Positions 21,598 through 30,924 of a stretch of DNA of 64,000 nt are shown piece by piece. Position numbers and translations under genes: made by a program. This DNA is from Myxococcota bacterium (GTDB lineage Bacteria; Myxococcota_A; SURF-8; G963663525). The stretch is from contig CAXXVK010000033.1 in NCBI GenBank assembly GCA_963676915.2, positions 1-64,000 of the forward strand, in the 5' to 3' direction. The notes under the pieces were generated by a model. The model had not been told where the DNA came from. It saw only the letters and a program-made list of their open reading frames with translations, and made no database searches. Numbering within the stretch: the stretch's first letter is position 1; each line of letters begins with the position of its first letter.

Positions 21598-22920
21598 ATG
21601 GCTCATACATTCAGAGGTGGGGCGAGCGTAAAGCACGAAAAACATCGGACCGAGGGTAAACCCATTGAACGGATGCCCTGTCCGTCGTTGCTGATGATTC
21701 ATACCGTGCAACATATCGGAGCGCCCAATCAGCCCCTTGTTGAAAAAGGGGACGAAGTGAAAAAGGGGCAGAAACTCGCGGGAGCCGAGGCTTTCGTTTC
21801 TGCGCCCGTGCATGCTCCGAGTTCGGGAATCATTAAGGAAATCAAGGATGTGGTGCATCCCGTACTTGGAAAGGGCAGGGCGATCATCCTGGAAACCGAT
21901 GGTCGTGACGAATGGGCCGAAGGTCTTCCCGCCGATCGGGATTGGAAAACGATGGACGCCCAAGCGCTTCGGGATGCTGTGAAAGAAGCCGGAATCGTCG
22001 GTTTGGGTGGAGCGACGTTTCCCACACACGTTAAAATCACACCGCCGGAAGACATGACCATCGAGCATCTGTTGATCAACGGGGCCGAATGCGAGCCTTA
22101 TTTGACCAGCGATGACGCTATTATGCGGGAGCGTTCGGAAGATATCGTTATCGGGATCGAAATCCTTCAAAAAGTACTCGGTGCGAAAGACGTGGCGGTG
22201 GGTATCGAAAACAACAAGCCCCATGCCATCGATATCATGACCAAAGCATGTAAAAGACTGCCCGATTGCCGGGTTGTAGCGCTGCCGTCCAGATATCCGC
22301 AAGGTGCGGAACGAAGCCTGATCAAAGCACTGATCGGTAAGTGGCTTCCTGGAGGAAAACTGCCGATGTCCATCGGTGTCGTGGTGCAGAATACGACGAC
22401 CTGTGCCTCTATCGCCGATGCGGTGATACGTGGAATTCCAATCCTTGAAAAAGTGGTAACCGTCTCTGGCGAATGTGTGACCGAGCCGAAAAATGTGCTT
22501 GCGCCCATCGGAGCGACCTGGAAAGACCTGCTCGATTTTTGCGGTGGGCTTAAAGAAGAACTCGGTCGCCTTGTCATGGGTGGTCCCATGATGGGAATTT
22601 CTCAGAACGGATTCGATATCCCATTGGTCAAAGGGACCAGCGGTCTGCTGGCCTTGTCTAAAAAGGAAATCGAACGAAAAGAGGAAGGCCCGTGCATTCG
22701 TTGCGGCAATTGCGTCAAATCCTGCCCTATGGGATTGGAACCGCTGGACTGGCCGGTATTGGCTCGCAAGCGAAAATGGACGGAAGCAGAGGAAAAACGG
22801 GTGCTTGAATGTGTGGAGTGCGGTAGCTGCGAGTATGTATGTCCGGCGAATCGCCACATCTTGCAGTCCGTAAAACTGCTCAAAACGAGCGTTCGGGATA
22901 TGCAGCGAGAGAAAAAATAA
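21598..22920 (+). CDS. rnfC: Rnf electron transport complex subunit C
   Basis: QHIGAP, GIVGLGGATFPTHVK, NGAECEPYLTSD, YPQGAE, MGGPMMG and two CxxCxxCxxxCP clusters. Confidence 0.96.
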   Translation: MAHTFRGGASVKHEKHRTEGKPIERMPCPSLLMIHTVQHIGAPNQPLVEKGDEVKKGQKLAGAEAFVSAPVHAPSSGIIKEIKDVVHPVLGKGRAIILETDGRDEWAEGLPADRDWKTMDAQALRDAVKEAGIVGLGGATFPTHVKITPPEDMTIEHLLINGAECEPYLTSDDAIMRERSEDIVIGIEILQKVLGAKDVAVGIENNKPHAIDIMTKACKRLPDCRVVALPSRYPQGAERSLIKALIGKWLPGGKLPMSIGVVVQNTTTCASIADAVIRGIPILEKVVTVSGECVTEPKNVLAPIGATWKDLLDFCGGLKEELGRLVMGGPMMGISQNGFDIPLVKGTSGLLALSKKEIERKEEGPCIRCGNCVKSCPMGLEPLDWPVLARKRKWTEAEEKRVLECVECGSCEYVCPANRHILQSVKLLKTSVRDMQREKK

Positions 22921-23009
22921 TACGAGTGTGTCCTTGTTGAGTGTGTCGGACTTTACGATTCGAGGTAGTTCGGCTGTTTTATCCAATTTTGGATCAAAAA
23001 GGAGGAGTG

Positions 23010-23507
23010 ATGAAAACGAAATGGTGGATGATGATGTTGGTGCTGTTCTCGGTTCTGGCGTTGGCCGTGGGTTGCGGCGACGATGACGACGACGAACCGG
23101 GTGGAGATACCGATCAGGTCGTGGGCGATGAGGACAACACGACCGGTGGTGACGAAGATGTAACGGCAGGTGATGAGGATGAAGTCACCGAAGAGGCTAC
23201 CGAAGAGGAAGCCGAAGAGCAAGGCGAGCCGTTGCAGTGTTCCGATCCCCTGATCATGGACGGTGGTTATGGCGGTCTGATGGAAACCGACTGCGATACC
23301 ATCGTTGGTGCCTGCGAGAACGCATTGACCGATGGCGATGCTTATTATCCCTGCGTGGATGATCCCGACTGTTGTTGCAATCCCGATGGAACCTCGTTCG
23401 ATATCGGTGGCGGCACGATGGCTTATCCCTGCGAAAACGATTCCTGCACGGATGATGGCTACTGCGATTCGACCTGCCCGGATACCGTCGATCCGGACTG
23501 TCAATAA
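23010..23507 (+). CDS. Asp/Cys-rich lipoprotein inserted between rnfC and rnfD
   Basis: Strong RBS AAGGAGG; lipobox LAVG-C followed by GDDDDD; GDED repeats; 12 further Cys including CCC and DGYCDSTC..DPDC. Confidence 0.85.
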   Translation: MKTKWWMMMLVLFSVLALAVGCGDDDDDEPGGDTDQVVGDEDNTTGGDEDVTAGDEDEVTEEATEEEAEEQGEPLQCSDPLIMDGGYGGLMETDCDTIVGACENALTDGDAYYPCVDDPDCCCNPDGTSFDIGGGTMAYPCENDSCTDDGYCDSTCPDTVDPDCQ

Positions 23508-23518
23508 GCTTGGACCGT

Positions 23519-23550
23519 TTCCGGGTGGGAACGTTGTTTCCCACCCGGAA
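23519..23550 (+). terminator. Perfect 13-bp hairpin inside the rnf operon (attenuator or mRNA stabiliser)
   Basis: TTCCGGGTGGGAA-CGTTGT-TTCCCACCCGGAA followed by only TTT. Confidence 0.6.
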
Positions 23551-23573
23551 TTTCCAACGGAAAGGGGCATTTC

Positions 23574-24602
23574 ATGGCGGAACCGACCCCCGTTGCCGCG
23601 CAGCACGAGGACAGGCTGTATGCTTCGTTGCTGACCGTCGCGAGCGCTCCCCATGTCAAGGCGAAGGAAACGATTCCAAAAATCATGTGGACCGTTAATG
23701 CCACCCTGTTGCCTGTGGCAGCTTGGGCGGTGTATGTGTTCGGTCTGCGTGCGCTATGGCAGATGCTGCTTTGCACGGCTACGGCGATGGCGACCGAAGC
23801 TGTTATCCAGAGAATACGTGGAATGAAGCGAAGTTGGTGGGATGGCAGCGCCTTCTTGACCGGCTTGCTGCTGGCCATGTGCATTCCCGTGGGGTTGCCG
23901 TTCTGGATGTCGGTGTTGGGTGTCGTGTTTGCCATTTCCATTGTCAAACATGTTTTCGGAGGGTTGGGGCAGAACATTTTCAACCCCGCTCATGCCGGAC
24001 GGGCGTTTTTGTTGGCTTCGTTCCCGGTGCAGATGACCACATGGTCAGTGATGACCTCGAAAGCCGCCGGAGCTGTTGACGGCGTGACGACCGCGACTCC
24101 GTTAGGTATTTGGGGCGAGCACGGCATGAAAGCGCTGCTCGATACGATGGGTAGCCGAAGCGAATTGTATGCTTCCCTGTTTTTCGGTCAGGTCAATGGT
24201 TCCATCGGCGAAGTGTCGGCGTTGCTGATTTTGCTCGGTGGAGCAGTGTTGATTTTCAAACGCTATATTTTCTGGCAGGGACCGGTGTTTTACATCGGTA
24301 CTGTCGCTCTTTTAGGTTGGATTCTAGGTGGTCCCGGTTGGTTTGACGGCGATCCGCTGTTTCATGTCCTGTCCGGTGGCCTGATGATCGGTGCGTTCTA
24401 CATGCTTACCGATATGGTGACCTCACCGGTAACGGCTCGGGGGCAGATCATTTTTGCCGTCGGTGCGGGAATTCTGGTGATTCTGATTCGGCGTTTCGGT
24501 GGGTATCCCGAGGGGGTGTGTTACTCGATTTTGTTGATGAACGCCGTTACTCCGCTGATCGATCGTTTTATCAAGCCTGCCCAGTTCAAGGAGGAATCAT
24601 GA
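23574..24602 (+). CDS. rnfD: Rnf complex subunit D
   Basis: FGGLGQNIFNPA, FMN site DGVTTATPL, GSIGEVS, TDMVTSP and YPEGV motifs. Confidence 0.96.
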   Translation: MAEPTPVAAQHEDRLYASLLTVASAPHVKAKETIPKIMWTVNATLLPVAAWAVYVFGLRALWQMLLCTATAMATEAVIQRIRGMKRSWWDGSAFLTGLLLAMCIPVGLPFWMSVLGVVFAISIVKHVFGGLGQNIFNPAHAGRAFLLASFPVQMTTWSVMTSKAAGAVDGVTTATPLGIWGEHGMKALLDTMGSRSELYASLFFGQVNGSIGEVSALLILLGGAVLIFKRYIFWQGPVFYIGTVALLGWILGGPGWFDGDPLFHVLSGGLMIGAFYMLTDMVTSPVTARGQIIFAVGAGILVILIRRFGGYPEGVCYSILLMNAVTPLIDRFIKPAQFKEES

Positions 24603-25225
24603 GCGCCGAAGCCCATGCAAGTCATGCTCCGCAGGATGAGGCGGGGATACTCCGAATTGCTCTCAATCTGGGGGCAGCGGGAATGCTGGCCGGGGTGATT
24701 CTGGCCACTGTGAATTATTTTACACAGCCGATTCGGCTGGAAAACGAGCGTATCGCTCAGGAAAATGCCCGCAAAACCGTGTTGCCTGCCGCCGAAACGT
24801 TTCAGGTTATCGAAGGTCTGAACGGCTGGTTTTATGGTCTGGACGCCAAAGGCAACAGTGTGGGGTACGTGCTACCCGTTGTCCAACGTGGGTACGACGG
24901 AAACATCCACATGACCCTCGGTGTAGACAAGGCGTTTTCGGTGGTGGACTACAAGATCCTTAAGGATCGTGAGACCCCCGGGCTTGGGGCGAAGGCCAAA
25001 GAACCGTTTTTCCGCGAGCGTTTCAAGGGAAAAACAAAGGATCAACTCGATGTCGACAAAGTACCGGTAGAGGGCAAAATCCTGGCGATTACCGGGGCGA
25101 CGATCACATCCCGTGCCATTGCCAACGGCATCAAGAGCAACCTCGAAACGTTGGAAAAACTGGCGTCGGAGGATTTCAAAAACATTCCGGCTGAGATGAA
25201 AAAGGGAGGGGGAACGCATGAGTGA
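24599..25225 (+). CDS. rnfG: Rnf complex subunit G
   Basis: GYDG, ETPGLG and FMN site AITGATITS; ATGA overlap with rnfD. Confidence 0.93.
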   Translation: MSAEAHASHAPQDEAGILRIALNLGAAGMLAGVILATVNYFTQPIRLENERIAQENARKTVLPAAETFQVIEGLNGWFYGLDAKGNSVGYVLPVVQRGYDGNIHMTLGVDKAFSVVDYKILKDRETPGLGAKAKEPFFRERFKGKTKDQLDVDKVPVEGKILAITGATITSRAIANGIKSNLETLEKLASEDFKNIPAEMKKGGGTHE

Positions 25226-25940
25226 GTTGCAAACCCTGAACCCCGTAACCCAGGAAACCTTGCCTTTCCGTGGTTCGAGACAGACCACGTTGAGAGGATT
25301 GGTACGGGACGGCATTTTAAGCAAAAATCCCGTGTTCGTGCTGGCGCTTTCGCTTTGTCCTGCCGTGGCGGTGACAAGTGAAGTGAAGACCGCTTTCGGC
25401 ATGGGTGTGGCGGTGCTTTTCGTTATTAGTTTCAATAACTTGTTTACGTCGATTTTCCGCAACGTGATTCATCCGAAGGTCAAGGTTCCGGCTTATATTT
25501 CGATCATCGCTACGCTGGTGACGCTTTCTCAGCTATTCATGTCGGCCTTTTTTCCAGGCTTGTATGCCGATCTCGGGGTTTATCTGGCTTTGATCGTCGT
25601 GTTCGCCATCATCCTGGCTCGTGCCGAGGTCTTCGCTTCGAAAAATACCCCGCTTCCGGCCTTTATGGATGGGTTGGGGATGGGCTTGGGCTTTTTAACG
25701 GCCATGGTGATTACCGGTGGTATTCGGGAACTTCTCGGAACCGGCACGTTTTTAGGTTATCCCGTGTTCGGTGAACACTACCAGCCGATTTTGATGGTGA
25801 TTCTCGCTCCCGGCGGATTCATTACCATCGGGTTGTTGATCGGTCTGTTTCGGACGTTGGGAGATTGGCTGGACAAGCGAAAGGTTGCGGCAACGGTTCA
25901 ACGGGAAACCGCAAGCGGCGAGGAGGTGAGCCATGGGTGA
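25218..25940 (+). CDS. rnfE: Rnf complex subunit E
   Basis: NPVFVLALSLCPAVAVT, RAEVFA and IRELLGTG motifs. Confidence 0.93.
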   Translation: MSELQTLNPVTQETLPFRGSRQTTLRGLVRDGILSKNPVFVLALSLCPAVAVTSEVKTAFGMGVAVLFVISFNNLFTSIFRNVIHPKVKVPAYISIIATLVTLSQLFMSAFFPGLYADLGVYLALIVVFAIILARAEVFASKNTPLPAFMDGLGMGLGFLTAMVITGGIRELLGTGTFLGYPVFGEHYQPILMVILAPGGFITIGLLIGLFRTLGDWLDKRKVAATVQRETASGEEVSHG

Positions 25941-26526
25941 GGCATTTCTCGAATATGCGGCGCTGTTTTTGTCGGCTGTGTTGATCAACAATTTCGTTTT
26001 GACGCGCTTTTTGGGGCTTTGCATCTTTTTTGGCGTGTCGAAAAGTTTCGATGCCAGTGCGGGAATGGGAATCGCGGTCACGGCGGTGATGGTTATTGCT
26101 TCTCTGTTGGGGTGGCTCGTTTACTATATGGTGCTGATTCCGCTGGAGTTGGAGTTTTTCACGACGATCTGTTTCGTGATCATCGTGGCATCCACCGTCC
26201 AGATGCTGGATATCGTGACACGAAAATTCGTACCGACATTGCACGCCATGTGGGGAATTTACCTGATGTTGATCGCCACCAACTGCGTGGTGCTGGCCAT
26301 TCCGCTGATCAATGTCGAGAACGGTTTTTCCTTTTTCAAATCCCTGGTTAACAGTGTGGGTGCGGGTGTCGGTTTTGCGCTGGCGATGATCCTGATGTCC
26401 AGCATTCGCGAAAAACTGCAATACAGCGACGTTCCCAAACCTTTCGAAGGTTTGGGGATCGCTTTTGTGACGGCCGGGCTTTTGTCATTGGCCTTTCTGG
26501 GCTTTTCCGGCATGATTGCCGTATGA
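25933..26526 (+). CDS. rnfA: Rnf complex subunit A
   Basis: NNFVLTRFLGLC, LIATNC, IREKL and LAFLGFSG motifs. Confidence 0.94.
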   Translation: MGEAFLEYAALFLSAVLINNFVLTRFLGLCIFFGVSKSFDASAGMGIAVTAVMVIASLLGWLVYYMVLIPLELEFFTTICFVIIVASTVQMLDIVTRKFVPTLHAMWGIYLMLIATNCVVLAIPLINVENGFSFFKSLVNSVGAGVGFALAMILMSSIREKLQYSDVPKPFEGLGIAFVTAGLLSLAFLGFSGMIAV

Positions 26527-26596
26527 ATTTCGTTTCGTAAGTTTTTTCAAGAACTTGTCGAAACGGAACGACGAACGGGTAACGTAGGAGATCGAC

Positions 26597-27505
26597 ATGC
26601 TACATGCGGCAGGGTTGATATTGGTGCTGGCTGGAATCGCGACTGCGCTGGGGCTGTTGTTGGCTCTGGCGGATAAAAAACTGGCGGTTCCCTATGATCC
26701 GCTGATCGACGAGGTGGAAGAGGAACTTCCGAAAGGTCAGTGCGGAAACTGCGGTTTCGCCGGATGCCGTCAATATGCCGAAGCGGTGGTATCTCGCGAT
26801 GACGTTCCGGCCAACCTCTGCATTCCGGGTGGTCCCGATGTGGCGGCGATTGTCGGTAAACTGACCGGCAAGGATGCGGGTGAGATGGTGAGGCAAGTGG
26901 CGGTGGTGTTCTGTCAGGGGGCATTGGACGACACGGCCCGCCGGACGCATCTATACGACGGACTGGACGACTGCGCCGCTGCCGATATGCTCTATGCAGG
27001 TGAAAAGGCCTGTGAATACGGTTGTTTGGGTCTTGGAAACTGTGCGCGTGCATGTCCCGAAAACGCCATTACGATGAATGCACAACGTTTGCCGGAAGTT
27101 CATCCCGAACGCTGTATCGGTTGCGGAATCTGCGTTAGAACCTGTCCTCGGGGCGTTATTGGCTTGCTGCCGGAGACCAGTCTTGCAGTTGTGAAATGTC
27201 GCAATCACGAATTGGGCAAGAATACGCGGACACAATGCGACCGTGGGTGCATCGGATGTCGGCTGTGCATTCGTACCTGTCCGCACGAGGCGATTTCTTT
27301 GCAAAAGAACCTCGCCGTGGTCGATAGCGCCGTGTGTAAGACCTGCGAACTGCCGGTTTGTCTCGTTGTTCGCTGTCGCCCGAACGCGATTCAACCGTAT
27401 TACGGCGTAGATGTCCCCGACATCGAGCCGCCCAAACCGCGATCGATCAAAAAGAAAAAGAAAACGGAAGAATCCCCGAATACCGAGGCTGTGCAGGAAT
27501 CTTAG
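26597..27505 (+). CDS. rnfB: Rnf complex subunit B (polyferredoxin)
   Basis: N-terminal TM, LPKGQCGNCGFAGC, CEYGCLGLGNC and several CxxCxxCxxxCP motifs. Confidence 0.94.
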   Translation: MLHAAGLILVLAGIATALGLLLALADKKLAVPYDPLIDEVEEELPKGQCGNCGFAGCRQYAEAVVSRDDVPANLCIPGGPDVAAIVGKLTGKDAGEMVRQVAVVFCQGALDDTARRTHLYDGLDDCAAADMLYAGEKACEYGCLGLGNCARACPENAITMNAQRLPEVHPERCIGCGICVRTCPRGVIGLLPETSLAVVKCRNHELGKNTRTQCDRGCIGCRLCIRTCPHEAISLQKNLAVVDSAVCKTCELPVCLVVRCRPNAIQPYYGVDVPDIEPPKPRSIKKKKKTEESPNTEAVQES

Positions 27506-27547
27506 CATAGAGATTCGAGGAACAAACCCGAACCGGATGAGGCATTC

Positions 27548-28585
27548 ATGCCGATTCATGAGTTTCCATTGACCGAGGCTTTTCCTCGTCTCGGAGTCGT
27601 TCCGCGAATTCCGCTGATGGCGCGTGAAACGAGGGTGGAGTCTGCCCCGGAACTGGGAAAAGAGTTGGGATGTCAAGACTTCTGGGTCAAGCGTGATGAC
27701 CGCAGCCATCCGACGTACGGTGGCAACAAAGTCCGCAAGCTTGAATTTCTGCTTGCCGATGCGCTGGAACGCGGGGCGAAAGGTGTCGTGACACTCGGAG
27801 GCATCGGCACCAACCATGGATTGGCGACGGCGGTTTTTGCGGGCAAAGCCGGTTTGGCTTGTCATCTGGTGTTGTTCGACCAGCCGGAGACGGAGCACGT
27901 TCGACGAAGTTTGCAGCTTTTCGAACATTTTGGAGCCAAAGTGCATAGAACTCGCGCCGTTCCCCGAGCACTGCTCGATTCCTACCGAAAGGTATGGTTC
28001 TCTCACCGAGACAAACGGCTCGTTCGTATTCCCGGTGGGGGAAGTTCGCCGTTGGGCTGTCTCGGGTTCGTCAATGCGGCTTTCGAATTGAAACGCCAGA
28101 TCGAGGAAGGACGCCTTCCTTGTCCCGAAGCGATTTTCTGTCCGGTGGGTACCTGTGGGACGCTGGTTGGCTTGACCTTGGGCGTTCGCCTAGCGGAATT
28201 GCCGACAAAGGTGGTCGGCGTGCGGGTGGTCGAGAAAGTTTTGGCGAATTCCATTACCTCTGCAATTTTGGCCAACCGCACTTTGAACCTGATGCGGTGC
28301 TATGGTGCTTCGTTGCCTTTTGATTCCATGAGTTGGAGGGATTTTACCATATTGGACGGTTTTCTCGGACGTTGTTACGGCGATCCCACGTCGGAGTCTC
28401 TTCGTTGTGTAGACATCGCCGAACGTCACGGATACCGTTTGGAAACGACATACACCGGAAAAACGTTGGCGGGTTTGCAAGCCTACGTAGCGCGTCACGG
28501 CTTGTCTGAAAAGACCGTATTGTACTGGAATACGTTCAATTCTCGGGATTTCAATGACATCTTGACAGAAGCTTCAAGTCATTGA
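27548..28585 (+). CDS. PLP-dependent D-cysteine desulfhydrase / ACC deaminase family enzyme
   Basis: VKRDD..GGNKVRKLEF, TNH, IPGGGSS and GTCGT motifs; YTGK (Thr variant, desulfhydrase-like rather than ACC deaminase YEGK). Confidence 0.85.
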   Translation: MPIHEFPLTEAFPRLGVVPRIPLMARETRVESAPELGKELGCQDFWVKRDDRSHPTYGGNKVRKLEFLLADALERGAKGVVTLGGIGTNHGLATAVFAGKAGLACHLVLFDQPETEHVRRSLQLFEHFGAKVHRTRAVPRALLDSYRKVWFSHRDKRLVRIPGGGSSPLGCLGFVNAAFELKRQIEEGRLPCPEAIFCPVGTCGTLVGLTLGVRLAELPTKVVGVRVVEKVLANSITSAILANRTLNLMRCYGASLPFDSMSWRDFTILDGFLGRCYGDPTSESLRCVDIAERHGYRLETTYTGKTLAGLQAYVARHGLSEKTVLYWNTFNSRDFNDILTEASSH

Positions 28586-28685
28586 AGTCCGGTTTTCTCC
28601 CATCCTCTCCTCCGTGTATCTGTTGCGGAAAAAAACGAAAAAGGCTAGAGTGGCTTCGTCGTAATTATATGTGGAGCGGGGCTAA

Positions 28686-29336
28686 ATGAAATCCTATCCC
28701 CTACCGTTGGTTTGTTGGGTAATCGTGCTGGTATCGGTCTTTTTTTTCGCTCCGGTGAATTCCGAAGAGCTGGAGGCCATTGCCGTCGGTACACCGGAAC
28801 CGTTTCAATCGGAAGCGGACGGCCAGACCTTGCACTCCGATCACGCTTCCTTGTCGCTCGAAACCGGTTATCCCTATACTTCCGCGCAGTTTTTGGCAGC
28901 ACCGGTGACGTATTTCAACGTGGGTATCCGGTTGGATATCGACTATCGACCCGCCTTCGATTTCAGGGTGCCGTTGATTGTCCAAATGTTGGAAACCTCC
29001 GACGAACGGTTCAATTTGGCTCTGGAATTTCGTCCGGGAATGTTTTTCAATTTCGGCAGCACCACGTCCATGGAAGTTCCACTGAGCGCAGGAACCCGCT
29101 TCGGCTATCGTTTTAAGGAAACGGCGACCTATTTTACGCAGCTTTTGTATACAACCGATTTCGGGATTTCTTACGGCTATTTCGATCATTACCCACAAAT
29201 CAAGACCGGTTTTGAAATCCGTCTGTCGGAAACATTCAACCTGCTTGTGTCCGGTCTGGCGGAGTTTAAACGTTACGAACCCGAGAAATTCAACTACGGG
29301 GGCCAAATCGGCTTTGTTTACTTGATGATTCCATGA
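28686..29336 (+). CDS. Exported hypothetical protein, probable outer-membrane beta-barrel
   Basis: Signal peptide; alternating aromatic/Gly beta-strands. Confidence 0.6.
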   Translation: MKSYPLPLVCWVIVLVSVFFFAPVNSEELEAIAVGTPEPFQSEADGQTLHSDHASLSLETGYPYTSAQFLAAPVTYFNVGIRLDIDYRPAFDFRVPLIVQMLETSDERFNLALEFRPGMFFNFGSTTSMEVPLSAGTRFGYRFKETATYFTQLLYTTDFGISYGYFDHYPQIKTGFEIRLSETFNLLVSGLAEFKRYEPEKFNYGGQIGFVYLMIP

Positions 29337-30268
29337 AAATTACCAGAATCATTGCTGTTTTACTTTTTTTATTGCCATTCGGCGTGGCGATGGCCCGACC
29401 GGTTGTGGAGGAAAAACCACGTTGGGACCGGTTAACGCCTGACGAGGCGAATCGGGAGTTGATGGACATTTCCACACGGCTGTCGTTCGAGCAACGCTTA
29501 ATGGAAATTTCAGAACGATTTCTAGGGGTTGCGTACAAACTCGATCCGTTAGGAGAGGGCAGGGGAGAAGATACGGACCCGACATTTCGCCTCGACGCCT
29601 TCGATTGTCTGACCTTTGTGGAAACCGTGCTTGCCATGGCCGGTGCAAGGCATATGGACGAAGCCGAAGCGACGTTGCAGAAAATTCGTTATAAGCATGG
29701 CCGGATTGGCTGGAGGTTCCGGCATCATCTGACTTGGGGGCAGTGGCTTGTCGAAAACGTACAGGCGCGACGGGTGGAAATTTCTACGCGACGCATTGCC
29801 GGAGACGCTGCTCGGCTGAGTAAGAAAACCTACAAAACCAATTGTAATTATTCGGAAAAATGGAAGTCCTGGTGCGAGAAACTAGGGGATTCGGCTCCCT
29901 TGGGTGATGTGACGTTTCCTATCGTAGATGTTTCATGGGCGATGGCGCACGTCAAAAACATTCCCGAAGGCACCTTGCTGTTTGTGGTTATGAAAGATCG
30001 TCCCTGGCTTCCCTACAGAGTCAAGCATGTGGGAATGGTGGCCAAACGAAAAGGAAAACCAGTATTCCGTCATGCGACGAAGACCCACGGAAAGGTCAAA
30101 GATGTTTCCTTGTGGGGGTATTTGAAAACGCTTTTGGAATACGAAACATGGCCGGTTGAAGGGCTGTTGTTCGCTACGCCGTTAAAGCAGATCGACACCG
30201 ACCGTGTATGGCGGCTCGATGATCGCAAATATCCGCCAATACCCCTGAAGCCGAACCAGCCTCGCTAA
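29333..30268 (+). CDS. DUF1460 / NlpC-P60-like N-acetylmuramoyl-L-alanine amidase-like protein
   Basis: FLGVAY..LGEG, FDCLTFVETVLA (catalytic Cys), RHH, HVG and FRHA motifs; signal peptide. Confidence 0.82.
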   Translation: MKITRIIAVLLFLLPFGVAMARPVVEEKPRWDRLTPDEANRELMDISTRLSFEQRLMEISERFLGVAYKLDPLGEGRGEDTDPTFRLDAFDCLTFVETVLAMAGARHMDEAEATLQKIRYKHGRIGWRFRHHLTWGQWLVENVQARRVEISTRRIAGDAARLSKKTYKTNCNYSEKWKSWCEKLGDSAPLGDVTFPIVDVSWAMAHVKNIPEGTLLFVVMKDRPWLPYRVKHVGMVAKRKGKPVFRHATKTHGKVKDVSLWGYLKTLLEYETWPVEGLLFATPLKQIDTDRVWRLDDRKYPPIPLKPNQPR

Positions 30269-30805
30269 AGTAACGATCACTTCCTCGTTATCGATCAACA
30301 GTCGGATTTCAGAGCCAACCAGCTGATTCAAAGACATTAGGGCAAGGTTGTCGCCTTCTGCTATGGGTTGCAGAACTCCGGGTTCGAAGCCTTGCCATTC
30401 GGCGTGCTCCCAGTCGAAAATTCGGCTGGTTTCGATCCAGTCGGTTTCCAGTTTGTTGTACCTCGAATCAATGTAATCGTTGACGCGAGGGTCGGTGTAA
30501 TCGACCTCTCCGATGTCGAATCCGTAGGTCAGATCACGGGGTGTAGGTACGACCTGCACGTAAGCATCGAAGTCTTGGGTTTGAAAACTCGTGAAAATCT
30601 TCATCGCTACATTTTCAGCAGACTCGTAGTGCTCCAGTTCTTCGGATTCCAGACAAATCTTGTCACGGCAGATACGCCCATATTTGCAGTCGTCGTCCTC
30701 GAGGCATCCGCCTTGTCTGGCATCGGTTTCGACGGAACAACCGTAAATGGAAAGCCAAAAAACGAAGATAAATGCGCCAAAGAGGAATTTTTTAAGGAAA
30801 AACAT
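30182..30805 (-). CDS. Hypothetical lipoprotein with small 4-Cys motif
   Basis: Lipobox IYGC; CLEDDDCKYGRICRDKIC. Confidence 0.7.
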   Translation of the reverse strand: MFFLKKFLFGAFIFVFWLSIYGCSVETDARQGGCLEDDDCKYGRICRDKICLESEELEHYESAENVAMKIFTSFQTQDFDAYVQVVPTPRDLTYGFDIGEVDYTDPRVNDYIDSRYNKLETDWIETSRIFDWEHAEWQGFEPGVLQPIAEGDNLALMSLNQLVGSEIRLLIDNEEVIVTLARLVRLQGYWRIFAIIEPPYTVGVDLL

Positions 30806-30924
30806 GTTTTATTCTTATGCCCGAGAGTTTTCGGCTATGATCATCGCCGAAAAGTTTATCAGATTGTTCCGGCGACGTAAAATGCACCGGATTCATAGTC
30901 TGCCTTGATGGCAACGAGGTCATA

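Noticed and set aside
20827-22986. 719-aa minus-strand ORF
   Set aside because: Codon-aligned antisense shadow of rseC and rnfC with no recognisable motifs
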